Below, one piece after another: positions 27,972 to 37,349 of a stretch of 64,000 nt of DNA. Made by a program: the position numbers and the translations under genes. The stretch spans positions 51,666 through 115,665 of the forward strand of contig CACNQV010000001.1 of assembly GCA_902622665.1 (NCBI GenBank). Reading direction: 5' to 3'. The notes beneath the pieces are model-generated. The model ran no database searches and was not told where the DNA came from. It was given only the letters and a program-made list of their open reading frames with translations. Position 1 is the first letter of the stretch, and every line of letters begins with the position of its first letter. The DNA comes from an uncultured Candidatus Actinomarina sp. (GTDB taxonomy: Bacteria > Actinomycetota > Acidimicrobiia > Actinomarinales > Actinomarinaceae).

Positions 27972-29912
27972 ATTGTTGTTATAATTTAAAATTCCAATCA
28001 TAAATACTAAATATAAAGTAAATGGAGCAAAGTAATTTACTAGATCATTTTTTAGAAAATTTATAAAAATAAACAAAATTATCATCTTTCCAAGGGTTGT
28101 TATAGATTTTCTATTATTCAAAAATTTAATAATTAACAGCAAAAATAATACTATTACACCTAAGAATCCAAAATAAACTAAAAATGACAAAAGAGACGAA
28201 TGAGGCAATAAAAAGGTTTCTGTCTTGGCAATTGGAGTTTCTCCGTAAACTTGACCCAAGCTTAAAGGACCTGAACCGAGTATTGACTCCATATAAGTTG
28301 GGTTGTATCTTGCAAAGAAAATACCCCATCTTTGTGATCTATTTAAAAAATAACCTATAAAACTAAAAAAACCAAAAATTCCTGACAAAAAGCCTCCGGA
28401 ACCATAGTTTGTATTTAACCATCTACTAAAACTTGAATTTATACCTTCAAAGCTATAAGAATTTGTGTTGGCTGTGATTCTTGTTGTAATAAAATCTAAT
28501 TCATAAGTCAAATCATCGATCCCGACTAGGTAAGTTAATAAGATCATTCCAAAAAAACTTAGTAATAGTGTTGCATTCCTTTTGTATGACTTGTGTTCAA
28601 TTAAAAGATAAACTGAAAATAGAAAAGCTAATAACATTGAAGTTCTGTTGTTAGAAAAGTAGATACCTAGGAAAGAAGCAACAAATCCTATTGTCTCAAT
28701 TTTATTTATTGTTTTTTTTCTTGAGTAAGAATACAAAATTAAAATAATACATAATCCATAAAACTCTCCAATTGTCTCTGCGCTTGTATAAAATCCCCTC
28801 CAAGATATTTTTTCAGCCCATGAATTAAATTCAAAAGGATTATTTCTTGAAATTCCAAATTTTTGTTGCCCAAAGTAGTAGTAATTGAAAAAATTTATTA
28901 GGGGCAAGTTTGCACCTAAGTAGCCTAAAATCAATAAAACTATACTTGTTAAGCTTGCATTGTTTATGAATTTATCAAATTTAAATTTATTAGATTTTGT
29001 TTTGAAAAGATACCAAATTCCATTAATTAAAAGAATGAAGTATATACACCAATAAATAGAAGAATTAAATTCATATATACTACTTGTAAATCCTCTAAAT
29101 TTTCCTGGTTCAAAATAGTAACTCTCTGTTGAATTTAAAATCCAGATTACTGATAGAGATACTGTTATCTTATTAAATTTTTTTAAAGACTCTTTTCTGA
29201 TAATTGAAATAATTCCAAAGTAAATAAATATTGAAGAAAATAATGTGATATTTGTACCTGAAATTACAGAGTGAAAAATAAATAAAAAAGGCAAGAAATT
29301 TAAAATATTATCTGAACGATTTTCTGCAATATCGATTAGGTTATAAATTATGAAATAAAAAAGCAAGAAAACTAATGCTTTGTAAAACGCCTCATCAAAA
29401 TCAACATAATATAGTTGCTTTTCATAAAATCTTTTTTCTGAAAATACTGAAAAATAAAATAAATAAGTTGTTAATAAAATGCTAATATTTTTGGCTAAAT
29501 TGCTAACTTTATTCTCACTTATAGAGAGTTTATTTCTTGTAATAAACTTTAAAAATAATAAACAAATTAATCCCTGAAATATTATGTTTATAAACGTATT
29601 TGTACCAATAGATATAAAAAAATCACTATCAATAACAGTTAGACCGCTCACTCTTCCAAAGCAACTTATTGAGGAGTAATTATTAAAACGAAAGTGGAAA
29701 TGATTTTGATATATGGATTTTGGATTCGACCTTAAAAACTCAAAAAGTGATACTTTGCATGGGTTTATTTCATAGAAAGTTACATCTTCTTGGCTTGCTA
29801 TTCCAGCATTTTGTTTAAAGTCTATACTTGTATTCAGCCAAGGAACTATTAGCAAAAATAAAATGAAAATATAGATTGCCATTTTATAGTTAATATTTGC
29901 AAGTTTTAACAT
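27900..29912 (-). CDS. very large polytopic membrane protein with O-antigen-ligase-like domain
   Basis: 670 aa. A YFSNNRTSMLLAFLF segment within a TM bundle resembles the Wzy_C/O-antigen ligase signature. Its 3' end overlaps the convergent 539-aa ORF by 72 nt. Confidence 0.5.
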   Translation of the reverse strand: MLKLANINYKMAIYIFILFLLIVPWLNTSIDFKQNAGIASQEDVTFYEINPCKVSLFEFLRSNPKSIYQNHFHFRFNNYSSISCFGRVSGLTVIDSDFFISIGTNTFINIIFQGLICLLFLKFITRNKLSISENKVSNLAKNISILLTTYLFYFSVFSEKRFYEKQLYYVDFDEAFYKALVFLLFYFIIYNLIDIAENRSDNILNFLPFLFIFHSVISGTNITLFSSIFIYFGIISIIRKESLKKFNKITVSLSVIWILNSTESYYFEPGKFRGFTSSIYEFNSSIYWCIYFILLINGIWYLFKTKSNKFKFDKFINNASLTSIVLLILGYLGANLPLINFFNYYYFGQQKFGISRNNPFEFNSWAEKISWRGFYTSAETIGEFYGLCIILILYSYSRKKTINKIETIGFVASFLGIYFSNNRTSMLLAFLFSVYLLIEHKSYKRNATLLLSFFGMILLTYLVGIDDLTYELDFITTRITANTNSYSFEGINSSFSRWLNTNYGSGGFLSGIFGFFSFIGYFLNRSQRWGIFFARYNPTYMESILGSGPLSLGQVYGETPIAKTETFLLPHSSLLSFLVYFGFLGVIVLFLLLIIKFLNNRKSITTLGKMIILFIFINFLKNDLVNYFAPFTLYLVFMIGILNYNNNLFFKISSPSNYKNTGNETKENKK

Positions 29913-29913
29913 T

Positions 29914-30213
29914 CTAAAAAACTTTATACTTTTTCAAAACAAACCTTACTCCAACCAATATGGCAACAAATATGAATAAATAATTATGTAAAGTAATTTC
30001 TAGACTTTGTATTGGGGTAAATCCCCACCCGCCAGCTACATAATGCTCACATTCTACGAATGAGTTAACAATTACACTTGATCCTTCTGAATCAAAAAGT
30101 TGTCTTCCGCTATAGTTTGGATCATTAACAAAGACATAATTAGGATCACTTGCTATATCTGCTTTCTCGAAGTTAGAAGGATATTCTCCACAAATGGCCT
30201 CTACATTACTCAT
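29914..30213 (-). CDS. small C-terminally anchored protein
   Basis: 99 aa with a soluble N-terminal part and a C-terminal helix LFIFVAILVGVRFVL. Its stop is 1 nt before the start of the 670-aa membrane protein. Confidence 0.4.
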   Translation of the reverse strand: MSNVEAICGEYPSNFEKADIASDPNYVFVNDPNYSGRQLFDSEGSSVIVNSFVECEHYVAGGWGFTPIQSLEITLHNYLFIFVAILVGVRFVLKKYKVF

Positions 30214-30294
30214 AAAATTCCTAATTAAAATAATATACTTATTTTTATTCGTTATTTAGTCCTAAAATTAAGATAGTAAAAAAGTACGATTATT

Positions 30295-31731
30295 GTGAAT
30301 TTTAAAAAATTAATAAAATATATATTAAGATTTTTTGTAATCCAAATAACAGCAATAGCATTCTCTATCTGGTATTTTGATAATTTCCTAATCATAAACC
30401 AATCTGACAAATTTAATATTTATCTTAATTTAATTGAAGATTGGGACAGATTTTTTTCTTTTGTTCCCGAATCCCTGATTACAGTTGATTTATTTATATT
30501 TCTTCAGGTATTTATATTCATATCAGCAGTTTTTACTACAAAGTTCTACACGTATGTGAATGAATTAAAGTTAACTTTCGATAAAAATTACCTAGGTGAT
30601 TTTACAAGATTATACCTTCTCTGGACAACATATATGTTTTCTTCATTTTACTTTTTAAGATTCAACGGGCTTTCTAGGGCATCCTTAATAATTTATACAG
30701 TGTTTGTTCCCTCAATTTTATTTATATTTCGCAATACTGAAGTTTTATCTCATATTCTTGGAAGATCACCGCTAAAGGAAACTTTTATTTCATTTAATCT
30801 TGATAATCAATCAAGTCTAAACAATCTCCGTATCCTAAACTTTAGAAAAGAAATAGCTTCGTATAAAATCGATATAAATTCTGAATTTAAACAAGTAATA
30901 AAATTAATAGATGAATTAAACAAAAAAAATGAAATTAACTTAGTTGTAATAAATTTTTATGCAAGACAACAACTACCAAAAGAATTAGAAATTTACTTAG
31001 TTAATCTGAATAAAAAAATATTATTATTTTCTGACAAAAAATTGTCATTTCATACAAAGTTTCTTCATAGATTTGAAAACATTGAAAAGAAGTGTGTGTA
31101 TTACTTTAATAACGATATTCAATATGGCTCAAAATATATTATCAAAAGAATCCTAGATATCTTTCTATCGGTACTTGCTTTACTGTTGTTTTCACCTTTA
31201 ATTATCTATATTTCAGCTTCAATTCTATTAAAAGATGGGAGACCATTTGTCATCAAGCAAAATAGAGTTGGTCTCCATGGCAAAAAGTTTAATATGTATA
31301 AATTTAGAACTATGAAAAAAGATTCTCATAATTTAAGAACAGATTTACAAGATCAAAATAAAAAGACTGGACCTCTGTTTAAATTAGACAATGATCCAAG
31401 GTTACTTCCAGGTTCGCAAAAGCTAAGAAAATACAGCATTGATGAATTGCCGCAATTGCTTAATGTAATAAAAGGTCAAATGTCAATTGTTGGACCAAGG
31501 CCATTGTTTGAGGAAGATACAATTTTATTTGATGAAAATTATATGAGAAGATTAAACGTTTTACCTGGTATGACAGGATTATTACAAATTAATGATAGAA
31601 ATACTGATAATTTCGAAACATGGTTTCGGTATGACCTCGAATATATAGAAAATTGGAGTCTACTTTTGGATTTAGCCATAATCTTAAAAACGATTCCTTC
31701 AATGTTTAAAAGAAAAAATTCTGGACTTTAG
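30295..31731 (+). CDS. polyprenyl-phosphate sugar-phosphate transferase (bacterial sugar transferase family, WbaP/EpsL-like initiating enzyme)
   Basis: GTG start. N-terminal TM helices. C-terminal RPFVIKQNRVGLHGKKFNMYKFRTM...DELPQLLNVIKGQMSIVGPRP is the canonical family signature. Confidence 0.85.
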   Translation: MNFKKLIKYILRFFVIQITAIAFSIWYFDNFLIINQSDKFNIYLNLIEDWDRFFSFVPESLITVDLFIFLQVFIFISAVFTTKFYTYVNELKLTFDKNYLGDFTRLYLLWTTYMFSSFYFLRFNGLSRASLIIYTVFVPSILFIFRNTEVLSHILGRSPLKETFISFNLDNQSSLNNLRILNFRKEIASYKIDINSEFKQVIKLIDELNKKNEINLVVINFYARQQLPKELEIYLVNLNKKILLFSDKKLSFHTKFLHRFENIEKKCVYYFNNDIQYGSKYIIKRILDIFLSVLALLLFSPLIIYISASILLKDGRPFVIKQNRVGLHGKKFNMYKFRTMKKDSHNLRTDLQDQNKKTGPLFKLDNDPRLLPGSQKLRKYSIDELPQLLNVIKGQMSIVGPRPLFEEDTILFDENYMRRLNVLPGMTGLLQINDRNTDNFETWFRYDLEYIENWSLLLDLAIILKTIPSMFKRKNSGL

Positions 31732-31804
31732 TGGGTCGGGTGGGAATCGAACCCACGACCTTGAGCTTAAAAGGCTCCTGCTCTGCCGATTGAGCTACCG
31801 ACCC
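31732..31804 (-). tRNA. tRNA-Lys (anticodon TTT)
   Basis: Hand-folded, 73 nt: acceptor gggtcgg/ccgaccc, D arm gctc/gagc, anticodon arm ggagc-ctTTTaa-gctca (one G-A mismatch at positions 27-43), T arm gtggg-ttcgatt-cccac. Its 3' end directly abuts the stop codon of the convergent CDS. Confidence 0.9.
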
Positions 31805-31862
31805 GTTCAACTATTAAAGAATACTATAAATTTAATTTTTAAAAGAAAAATTAAATTAAGTT

Positions 31863-32180
31863 TTATTCCTCTTCAAACTTTGTATTGACTTCTGTAGTTC
31901 CGGTAAATTTTGATTTTGTATCATAAATTACTTGTTTTAGTTCAGAGCTAATATTATCTACGACGTTTTTAGAATCTTGTTTTATTTCATCATCACTTAT
32001 AGTTGATTCTAAAGTGTTAATAAGAGTTTTAAATATTTCTGTAGTACTTTCGATAGTCTTTTTAAAAGACTCTTTTAAATCTTCAACCAGATCTTCTTCA
32101 TCAATTTTAGATTTAACTTTTTTAGCAATATCAGCAACATCTTTATTAATTTCTGCCCAATGATTTTCTTTATCCATCAT
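31863..32180 (-). CDS. small acidic helical protein, hypothetical
   Basis: 105 aa, strongly E/D/K-rich with no hydrophobic segments. 16-nt gap to the MpaB-like gene downstream. Confidence 0.5.
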   Translation of the reverse strand: MMDKENHWAEINKDVADIAKKVKSKIDEEDLVEDLKESFKKTIESTTEIFKTLINTLESTISDDEIKQDSKNVVDNISSELKQVIYDTKSKFTGTTEVNTKFEEE

Positions 32181-32196
32181 ATAAATTATATATTTG

Positions 32197-33039
32197 TTAA
32201 AGTTTAGATTTGTCTTTAAAACTTAAATTTGGATTCCTAGTCAATCTTTGCTTAGCCCATCTTGCAGGAGCAATAAGTCGAAAAAACGGTGGTAGAAATG
32301 GTCTTGAATATTTTAAAAAATATAAATTGAAATTCAATAAAGCAGTTTTAAATTTTGTTTCTTTAATGCCATAAATATTTTTAAATTCTGTAGGTAGCGT
32401 GTTGAAAGCAGTAAATGCAATAAATGGCCATATTGGTTTAATATGCCTAGGAACAGGCCCACCATTAATGATATCAGCTACATCAATCGCAACATCTGTC
32501 AAAACTAAGTAGTCTTTTTCTTTAGATTTTTTAATCACCCATTGTTTTAAATCTTCATGGGTTTTAGGCATGATTTTACGGTCTACTAAAACCATCTCAG
32601 CTGCTATTGAATTTTCCTCATGATATTGATTTTTTTCATCTTCAGTTAACTTCTTAACTGTTTTTTCATAAAAGTAGATAGAAGATATTTGAAGACAAGC
32701 ATGTACCCAGAGGAGTTGTTCGTGGTCCAAAGCATCGTAGTATCCACCAGTAATCTCATCTTCTCCGTTTATAACTTCATGAAGCTTATTAATTCTATGA
32801 GCACTGTCATCAGCTTCTTCTTTGGTGCCAAATGTTACAGAATTTTGCAGTGAAAGTGTTCTAATTAATCTTTTCCATGGATCTCGTTGATAAAAAGAAG
32901 TTTGTCTAGCACCAGCTGCAATGAGTGGATGTGCAGCATGCATAAGAAGTGCTCTTGCACCTCCAAACAAAACTGTTATTTCTTTATTAACTTTCCACAT
33001 CATTGATTGTGGACCAAAATATCCTGGATCGCCTTTCAT
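32197..33039 (-). CDS. MpaB/DUF2236-family oxygenase-like protein
   Basis: MWKVNKEITVLFGGARALLMHAAHPLIAAGARQTSFYQRDPWKRLIRT matches the conserved N-terminal core of DUF2236/MpaB. Confidence 0.7.
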   Translation of the reverse strand: MKGDPGYFGPQSMMWKVNKEITVLFGGARALLMHAAHPLIAAGARQTSFYQRDPWKRLIRTLSLQNSVTFGTKEEADDSAHRINKLHEVINGEDEITGGYYDALDHEQLLWVHACLQISSIYFYEKTVKKLTEDEKNQYHEENSIAAEMVLVDRKIMPKTHEDLKQWVIKKSKEKDYLVLTDVAIDVADIINGGPVPRHIKPIWPFIAFTAFNTLPTEFKNIYGIKETKFKTALLNFNLYFLKYSRPFLPPFFRLIAPARWAKQRLTRNPNLSFKDKSKL

Positions 33040-33124
33040 AGAAAAATTGTATCAATTCTGTGAAATATAAAAAACTATTAGTTTTTATAAAATATCTCAA
33101 CATATAATTTATTTATACATACAA

Positions 33125-34234
33125 ATGAATAAAGTAATCAACTATATTTCTTATCAAAGTTTTCCGGCTGAAACTGCAAATAGTCTGCAAACAATATCTA
33201 ATCTAAAATATTTAATGAAAAATGGTTATGATGTAAAGCTATTTTTTCCTCTCAGAGAAAAAAATAGCTCTGATGATCTAAAAACCATACAAAATTATTA
33301 TTTATTAAATCAAAATATATCTATCTACGGTGTAAAACATCCGTATCCTTTTGGAAAAATCAAGTATTTCAATAAATTACTATTCCATATCAGTCATTAT
33401 CTTTGGGCAAAGTCAACTGTGAAAAAATTTAATGATGATAAGTATAAAAATGACTACTTTCTAACAAGATCAGATTGGATATTATTTTTTTTAGCAAAAA
33501 AAAATTATAAGGTTGTTTTTGAGTGCCATCAATATTCAAAAGTAAGAAACTATGTTTTTAATAAAGTAGCCTCCAAAGACAATGTAAAAATTATATTTTT
33601 AAATCAGTATATAAAAAAAGAGTTCAGTCAAGTCGATATTAAAAATATATTACTTCCTAGTGGGGTCGATCTTGAAATTTTTAATACTCTCAATAAGGAA
33701 ATGAGAGTTTCAAAAAAGATTACCTTTGTTGGAAACTTGTTAAGGTTTGGAAAGGAGAGGAATTTAGATACAGTTATAAATGCTTTCAGTTCCCCTAAAT
33801 TAAAAGACTATAACTTAAACATTGTTGGAGGTCCAGATAATGAAGCAAATAAAATTAGGGAACTACTTTTAGAAAAAAATATTTCAAATATTACGGTCAC
33901 TGGAAGACTTAATCGTAATGAAATAGTTCAAGAATTATTATCTTCTTCTGCAGGTCTGTTAATAAATACACCTGATACACACTCAAAATATTTTACATCC
34001 CCACTAAAGTATTTTGAATACTTGGCTGTAGGCCTAAATGTTATAGCTGTAGACTTTCCTTCTCATAGAGTACTTCCAAATCAAGAAAATATATTTTACT
34101 TTGAAAACAATGAAGATTCTCTCATACAAGCAGTTAAAGATGGGTGTAATTCAGCTTTCAAAGAAATTAACTTGCAAGAAATATCTTTAGATACCAGAGC
34201 TAAAAAAATTATAGAGTTATTTGAAAGCTTTTAG
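33125..34234 (+). CDS. glycosyltransferase, GT4-like (GT-B)
   Basis: FVGNLLRFGKERNLDTVINAF and SPLKYFEYLAVGLNVIAV motifs. 369 aa. Confidence 0.6.
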   Translation: MNKVINYISYQSFPAETANSLQTISNLKYLMKNGYDVKLFFPLREKNSSDDLKTIQNYYLLNQNISIYGVKHPYPFGKIKYFNKLLFHISHYLWAKSTVKKFNDDKYKNDYFLTRSDWILFFLAKKNYKVVFECHQYSKVRNYVFNKVASKDNVKIIFLNQYIKKEFSQVDIKNILLPSGVDLEIFNTLNKEMRVSKKITFVGNLLRFGKERNLDTVINAFSSPKLKDYNLNIVGGPDNEANKIRELLLEKNISNITVTGRLNRNEIVQELLSSSAGLLINTPDTHSKYFTSPLKYFEYLAVGLNVIAVDFPSHRVLPNQENIFYFENNEDSLIQAVKDGCNSAFKEINLQEISLDTRAKKIIELFESF

Positions 34235-34308
34235 CACGCCTGGAGGGACTCGAACCCCCAACCCTCTGATCCGAAGTCAGATGCTCTATCCAGTTGAGCC
34301 ACAGGCGC
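34235..34308 (-). tRNA. tRNA-Arg (anticodon TCG)
   Basis: Hand-folded, 74 nt: acceptor gcgcctg/caggcgt (G1-U72), anticodon arm tctga-ctTCGga-tcaga, T arm ggggg-ttcgagt-ccctc. Its 3' end abuts the stop codon of the GT4 gene. Confidence 0.9.
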
Positions 34309-34356
34309 AAGAATTTCTTCTAAACAAAATTTTATACTTATATAATAGTTTCAACA

Positions 34357-35091
34357 ATGAAAACAACTAAGGTACTTGAAACAAACATTACTGAAACAAA
34401 TATAAATGAAGTTTCAAAATTATTAAATTTTTCATCAAATAATCGCGTTGCAATTTGTAATGCAAACACATTGGTTAGAAGCGTTAAAGATTTGACTATT
34501 AGAAATTTAATAAACAACTTTACCATAAAAACACCTGATGGTTTTCCGGTCGCAAAAGCTCTTACGTTTCTTACAAAAGAGAAATTCTCAAGAGTAGATG
34601 GATACAAGGTATTTTTACAAACGATTTCAGATGGATTAGAAACAAACAGTAGACACTATTTTTTTGGTAATAATGAAAATACCACTAAAAAAATGATTGA
34701 GAGATTAAAAGAGATTTTTCCAGATATAAAAATAAGTGGACATATTTGTCCAGAGCAGTTAAGTGCTGATGAACTCGCTATAAAATATAAAAAAGATTTT
34801 CAAACTATTGAAGCTGATATTGTTTGGGTTTCACTGGGTTTTCCAAAACAAGAATTATTTATTGACAAAATTTGTGATGAAGTAGATAGTAATATAAATT
34901 TTGTTGGTATTGGTGGAGTGTTTGATTGGGTAGCTGGAACAAAAAAGAAAGCTCCTGAATGGATGGCAAATATCGGATTAGAATGGCTACTAAGACTAGT
35001 CCAAGATCCAAAAAGACTATACAAAAGGTACTTAATTGACAATACTTTATTTGTACTTTACTTTTTGAGGCAAGTGCTCTTTCGTAGATAA
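34357..35091 (+). CDS. WecB/TagA/CpsF-family glycosyltransferase (GT26, N-acetylmannosaminyl/glucuronosyl-transferase type)
   Basis: PDGFPV, VSLGFPKQE, GIGGVFDWVAG and APEWMANIGLEWLLRLVQDPKRLYKRYL are canonical GT26 motifs. Confidence 0.85.
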   Translation: MKTTKVLETNITETNINEVSKLLNFSSNNRVAICNANTLVRSVKDLTIRNLINNFTIKTPDGFPVAKALTFLTKEKFSRVDGYKVFLQTISDGLETNSRHYFFGNNENTTKKMIERLKEIFPDIKISGHICPEQLSADELAIKYKKDFQTIEADIVWVSLGFPKQELFIDKICDEVDSNINFVGIGGVFDWVAGTKKKAPEWMANIGLEWLLRLVQDPKRLYKRYLIDNTLFVLYFLRQVLFRR

Positions 35092-35123
35092 ACAGTAAAA
35101 TAAAGATTAGAAAATTGTGCTAA

Positions 35124-36764
35124 ATGAATAACTTATTTAAAGAACTAATTGATTTACTTAACAAAGAATTTGAAAAATTTCATTTAGATGAGTCTGTACA
35201 ATTAAATTTATCGAAAATGCCAGAGTTTGATATGCAGATAAACAATCTGGTCAAGCATAATAAAGCAGATTTCTTCAATAATCTTCAGAAAAATATTATT
35301 GAAGTTATTAATTCCACTAATTTTTTTCAACCTGTTGAAGAAACTGAGCTTGGTTTTTTAAACTTAGTTTTTAACCATAACGTTTTAATTAAACAAATAA
35401 CAAATAAGAAAAGTGATTTTGTGAACGATAATTCTCAAAAAATAATTTTTGATTATGGTGGCCCAAATATTGGTAAACCACTACATGTTGGCCACATGCG
35501 TACACTTAATATAGGAAGAAGCTTATATAACATACACTCATTTATTGGAAATGATGTTATTAGCGATATTCATTTAGGTGACTGGGGTATGCCTATTGCA
35601 CAAATTATTACATATTTAGAGAATGAATCAATCAATACAGACTCCTTAGATTCAAGTCAGCTTGAAATCATATATCCAAAAGCTAGTGAGCAATACAAAA
35701 GCAATAACGAGTTTAAAGTTCGAGCCCAAGAAATCAATAAACTACTGAATAATAATGATTCAGAACTTCTTGAATTATGGCGTGCAATTAAAAATATTTC
35801 AATAAAAAATCTTGAAGAAAATTTTTCACTACTAAATCACAGTTTTGATTATTGGTTAGGTGAAAGTGATGTAAATGAATTGATTCCAGAAATGATAGAA
35901 TCTCTGTATAAAAACAAAAAAATTATTGAAGACTCCGGAGCATTAATAAGCGCTGAAAATACAGATCCAAAAATACTAATTACAAAATCTGACGGTTCAT
36001 ATTTATATATCACGACTGATCTTGCTACTGTTCTGTATAGACAAAATAATATTGGGTACGATAAATCATATTATATTGTTGATAATCGTCAATCTCTCCA
36101 CTTTCAACAGTTGTTTGATTCAATAAAGTTTTTCGAATTTAACAATTTACACCATGAGCATATTTCTTACGGAACACTCAATGACAGTGATGGCAATCCT
36201 TTTAGAACTAGAGATGGAGGTACAAAACCTCTAAGTGAATTATTTGAAGAAACATATGAATACATAAAAAATATAAATAATGACTTGGAAGATTCAGCGA
36301 TTAAACAACTAGCAAATTCTGTTTTAACTTTTAGTGATTTAATTACTAATAGAAAAACTGATTACAAGTTTGATTTAGAAAAATTTACCAGTGTAAATGG
36401 TAAAACTGGAATCTACGTTCAATACGCTCAGGTCAGAGCAAGAAAATTACAACAGAATATTGTTCAGCAAAAAAACAAATTTGAAACCTTAGTACTATCT
36501 GAGATTGACAAGCGGTTGCTTTCACAATTATTTATGTTTGGGCATTTTCTTGAACAATCATTCTCACTTAATGAACCGCACCATCTTGCGAATTATCTTT
36601 ATGATATTTCAAATTCATTTAATCAATTTTATGAATATGAAAAACTTACAGAAATAGAAGATTCAGATCATATTAGTTCTAAAGTTTATTTAATAAATTT
36701 ATTTTTAACTACAAGCAAGAATGTTATGTTTTGTTTAGGTATGAGACCTGTAGAGAAGATGTAA
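35124..36764 (+). CDS. argS: arginine--tRNA ligase
   Basis: GGPNIGKPLHVGHMRT (HIGH region), a C-terminal anticodon-binding region ending ...RPVEKM, and a length of 546 aa. Confidence 0.9.
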   Translation: MNNLFKELIDLLNKEFEKFHLDESVQLNLSKMPEFDMQINNLVKHNKADFFNNLQKNIIEVINSTNFFQPVEETELGFLNLVFNHNVLIKQITNKKSDFVNDNSQKIIFDYGGPNIGKPLHVGHMRTLNIGRSLYNIHSFIGNDVISDIHLGDWGMPIAQIITYLENESINTDSLDSSQLEIIYPKASEQYKSNNEFKVRAQEINKLLNNNDSELLELWRAIKNISIKNLEENFSLLNHSFDYWLGESDVNELIPEMIESLYKNKKIIEDSGALISAENTDPKILITKSDGSYLYITTDLATVLYRQNNIGYDKSYYIVDNRQSLHFQQLFDSIKFFEFNNLHHEHISYGTLNDSDGNPFRTRDGGTKPLSELFEETYEYIKNINNDLEDSAIKQLANSVLTFSDLITNRKTDYKFDLEKFTSVNGKTGIYVQYAQVRARKLQQNIVQQKNKFETLVLSEIDKRLLSQLFMFGHFLEQSFSLNEPHHLANYLYDISNSFNQFYEYEKLTEIEDSDHISSKVYLINLFLTTSKNVMFCLGMRPVEKM

Positions 36765-37307
36765 TTATAAAAATATCTGAGTTGAGATAATCCAAATAAT
36801 CAATATCAAGCTATAAGAATATTTATTAATAATATGTAAGTTTTTTCCAAAGTTGTGAAATAGAAATAAGACTAAAGGAATCGCAATGAAGCCTGAGAAT
36901 GATACTGCTCTGGCAACAACTAGGTATTCGGTTATAAATACGTTTTGATTTCTAAGTAAAACTTGAAAGACCACCAAAAAAAATAAAGATACAAAAATAA
37001 CAGATACTACATTTGTTAATAAATTTTTAAATGACCTATTTTCAATAAAATATTCACTGAAAAATTCTACTGGTATAAATAAGACAAATAATGAAATAAA
37101 TAGTGTAATAAAAGACCAGAAAAGTCCTTGGCCACTCCAGTTGATAAAAGCTTGTTCAACAAAACCAGATGACTCTAAAAATAAATAAATAGAAAAACCC
37201 AGTAAAGAAGTCCCTAAAACAAAACAATATAGACCTATCACCGAAAAAATCTGACTTTTATTTATAGGTAAATTATTTTTTCCAAGTTTACTTACATCGT
37301 ATTGCAT
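36765..37307 (-). CDS. hypothetical polytopic membrane protein
   Basis: 180 aa with 5-6 hydrophobic helices. Its stop abuts the argS stop. Confidence 0.5.
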   Translation of the reverse strand: MQYDVSKLGKNNLPINKSQIFSVIGLYCFVLGTSLLGFSIYLFLESSGFVEQAFINWSGQGLFWSFITLFISLFVLFIPVEFFSEYFIENRSFKNLLTNVVSVIFVSLFFLVVFQVLLRNQNVFITEYLVVARAVSFSGFIAIPLVLFLFHNFGKNLHIINKYSYSLILIIWIISTQIFL

Positions 37308-37349
37308 AAAGACATATTAACTGTTTTTATATTAAAATATTATTTAAAT

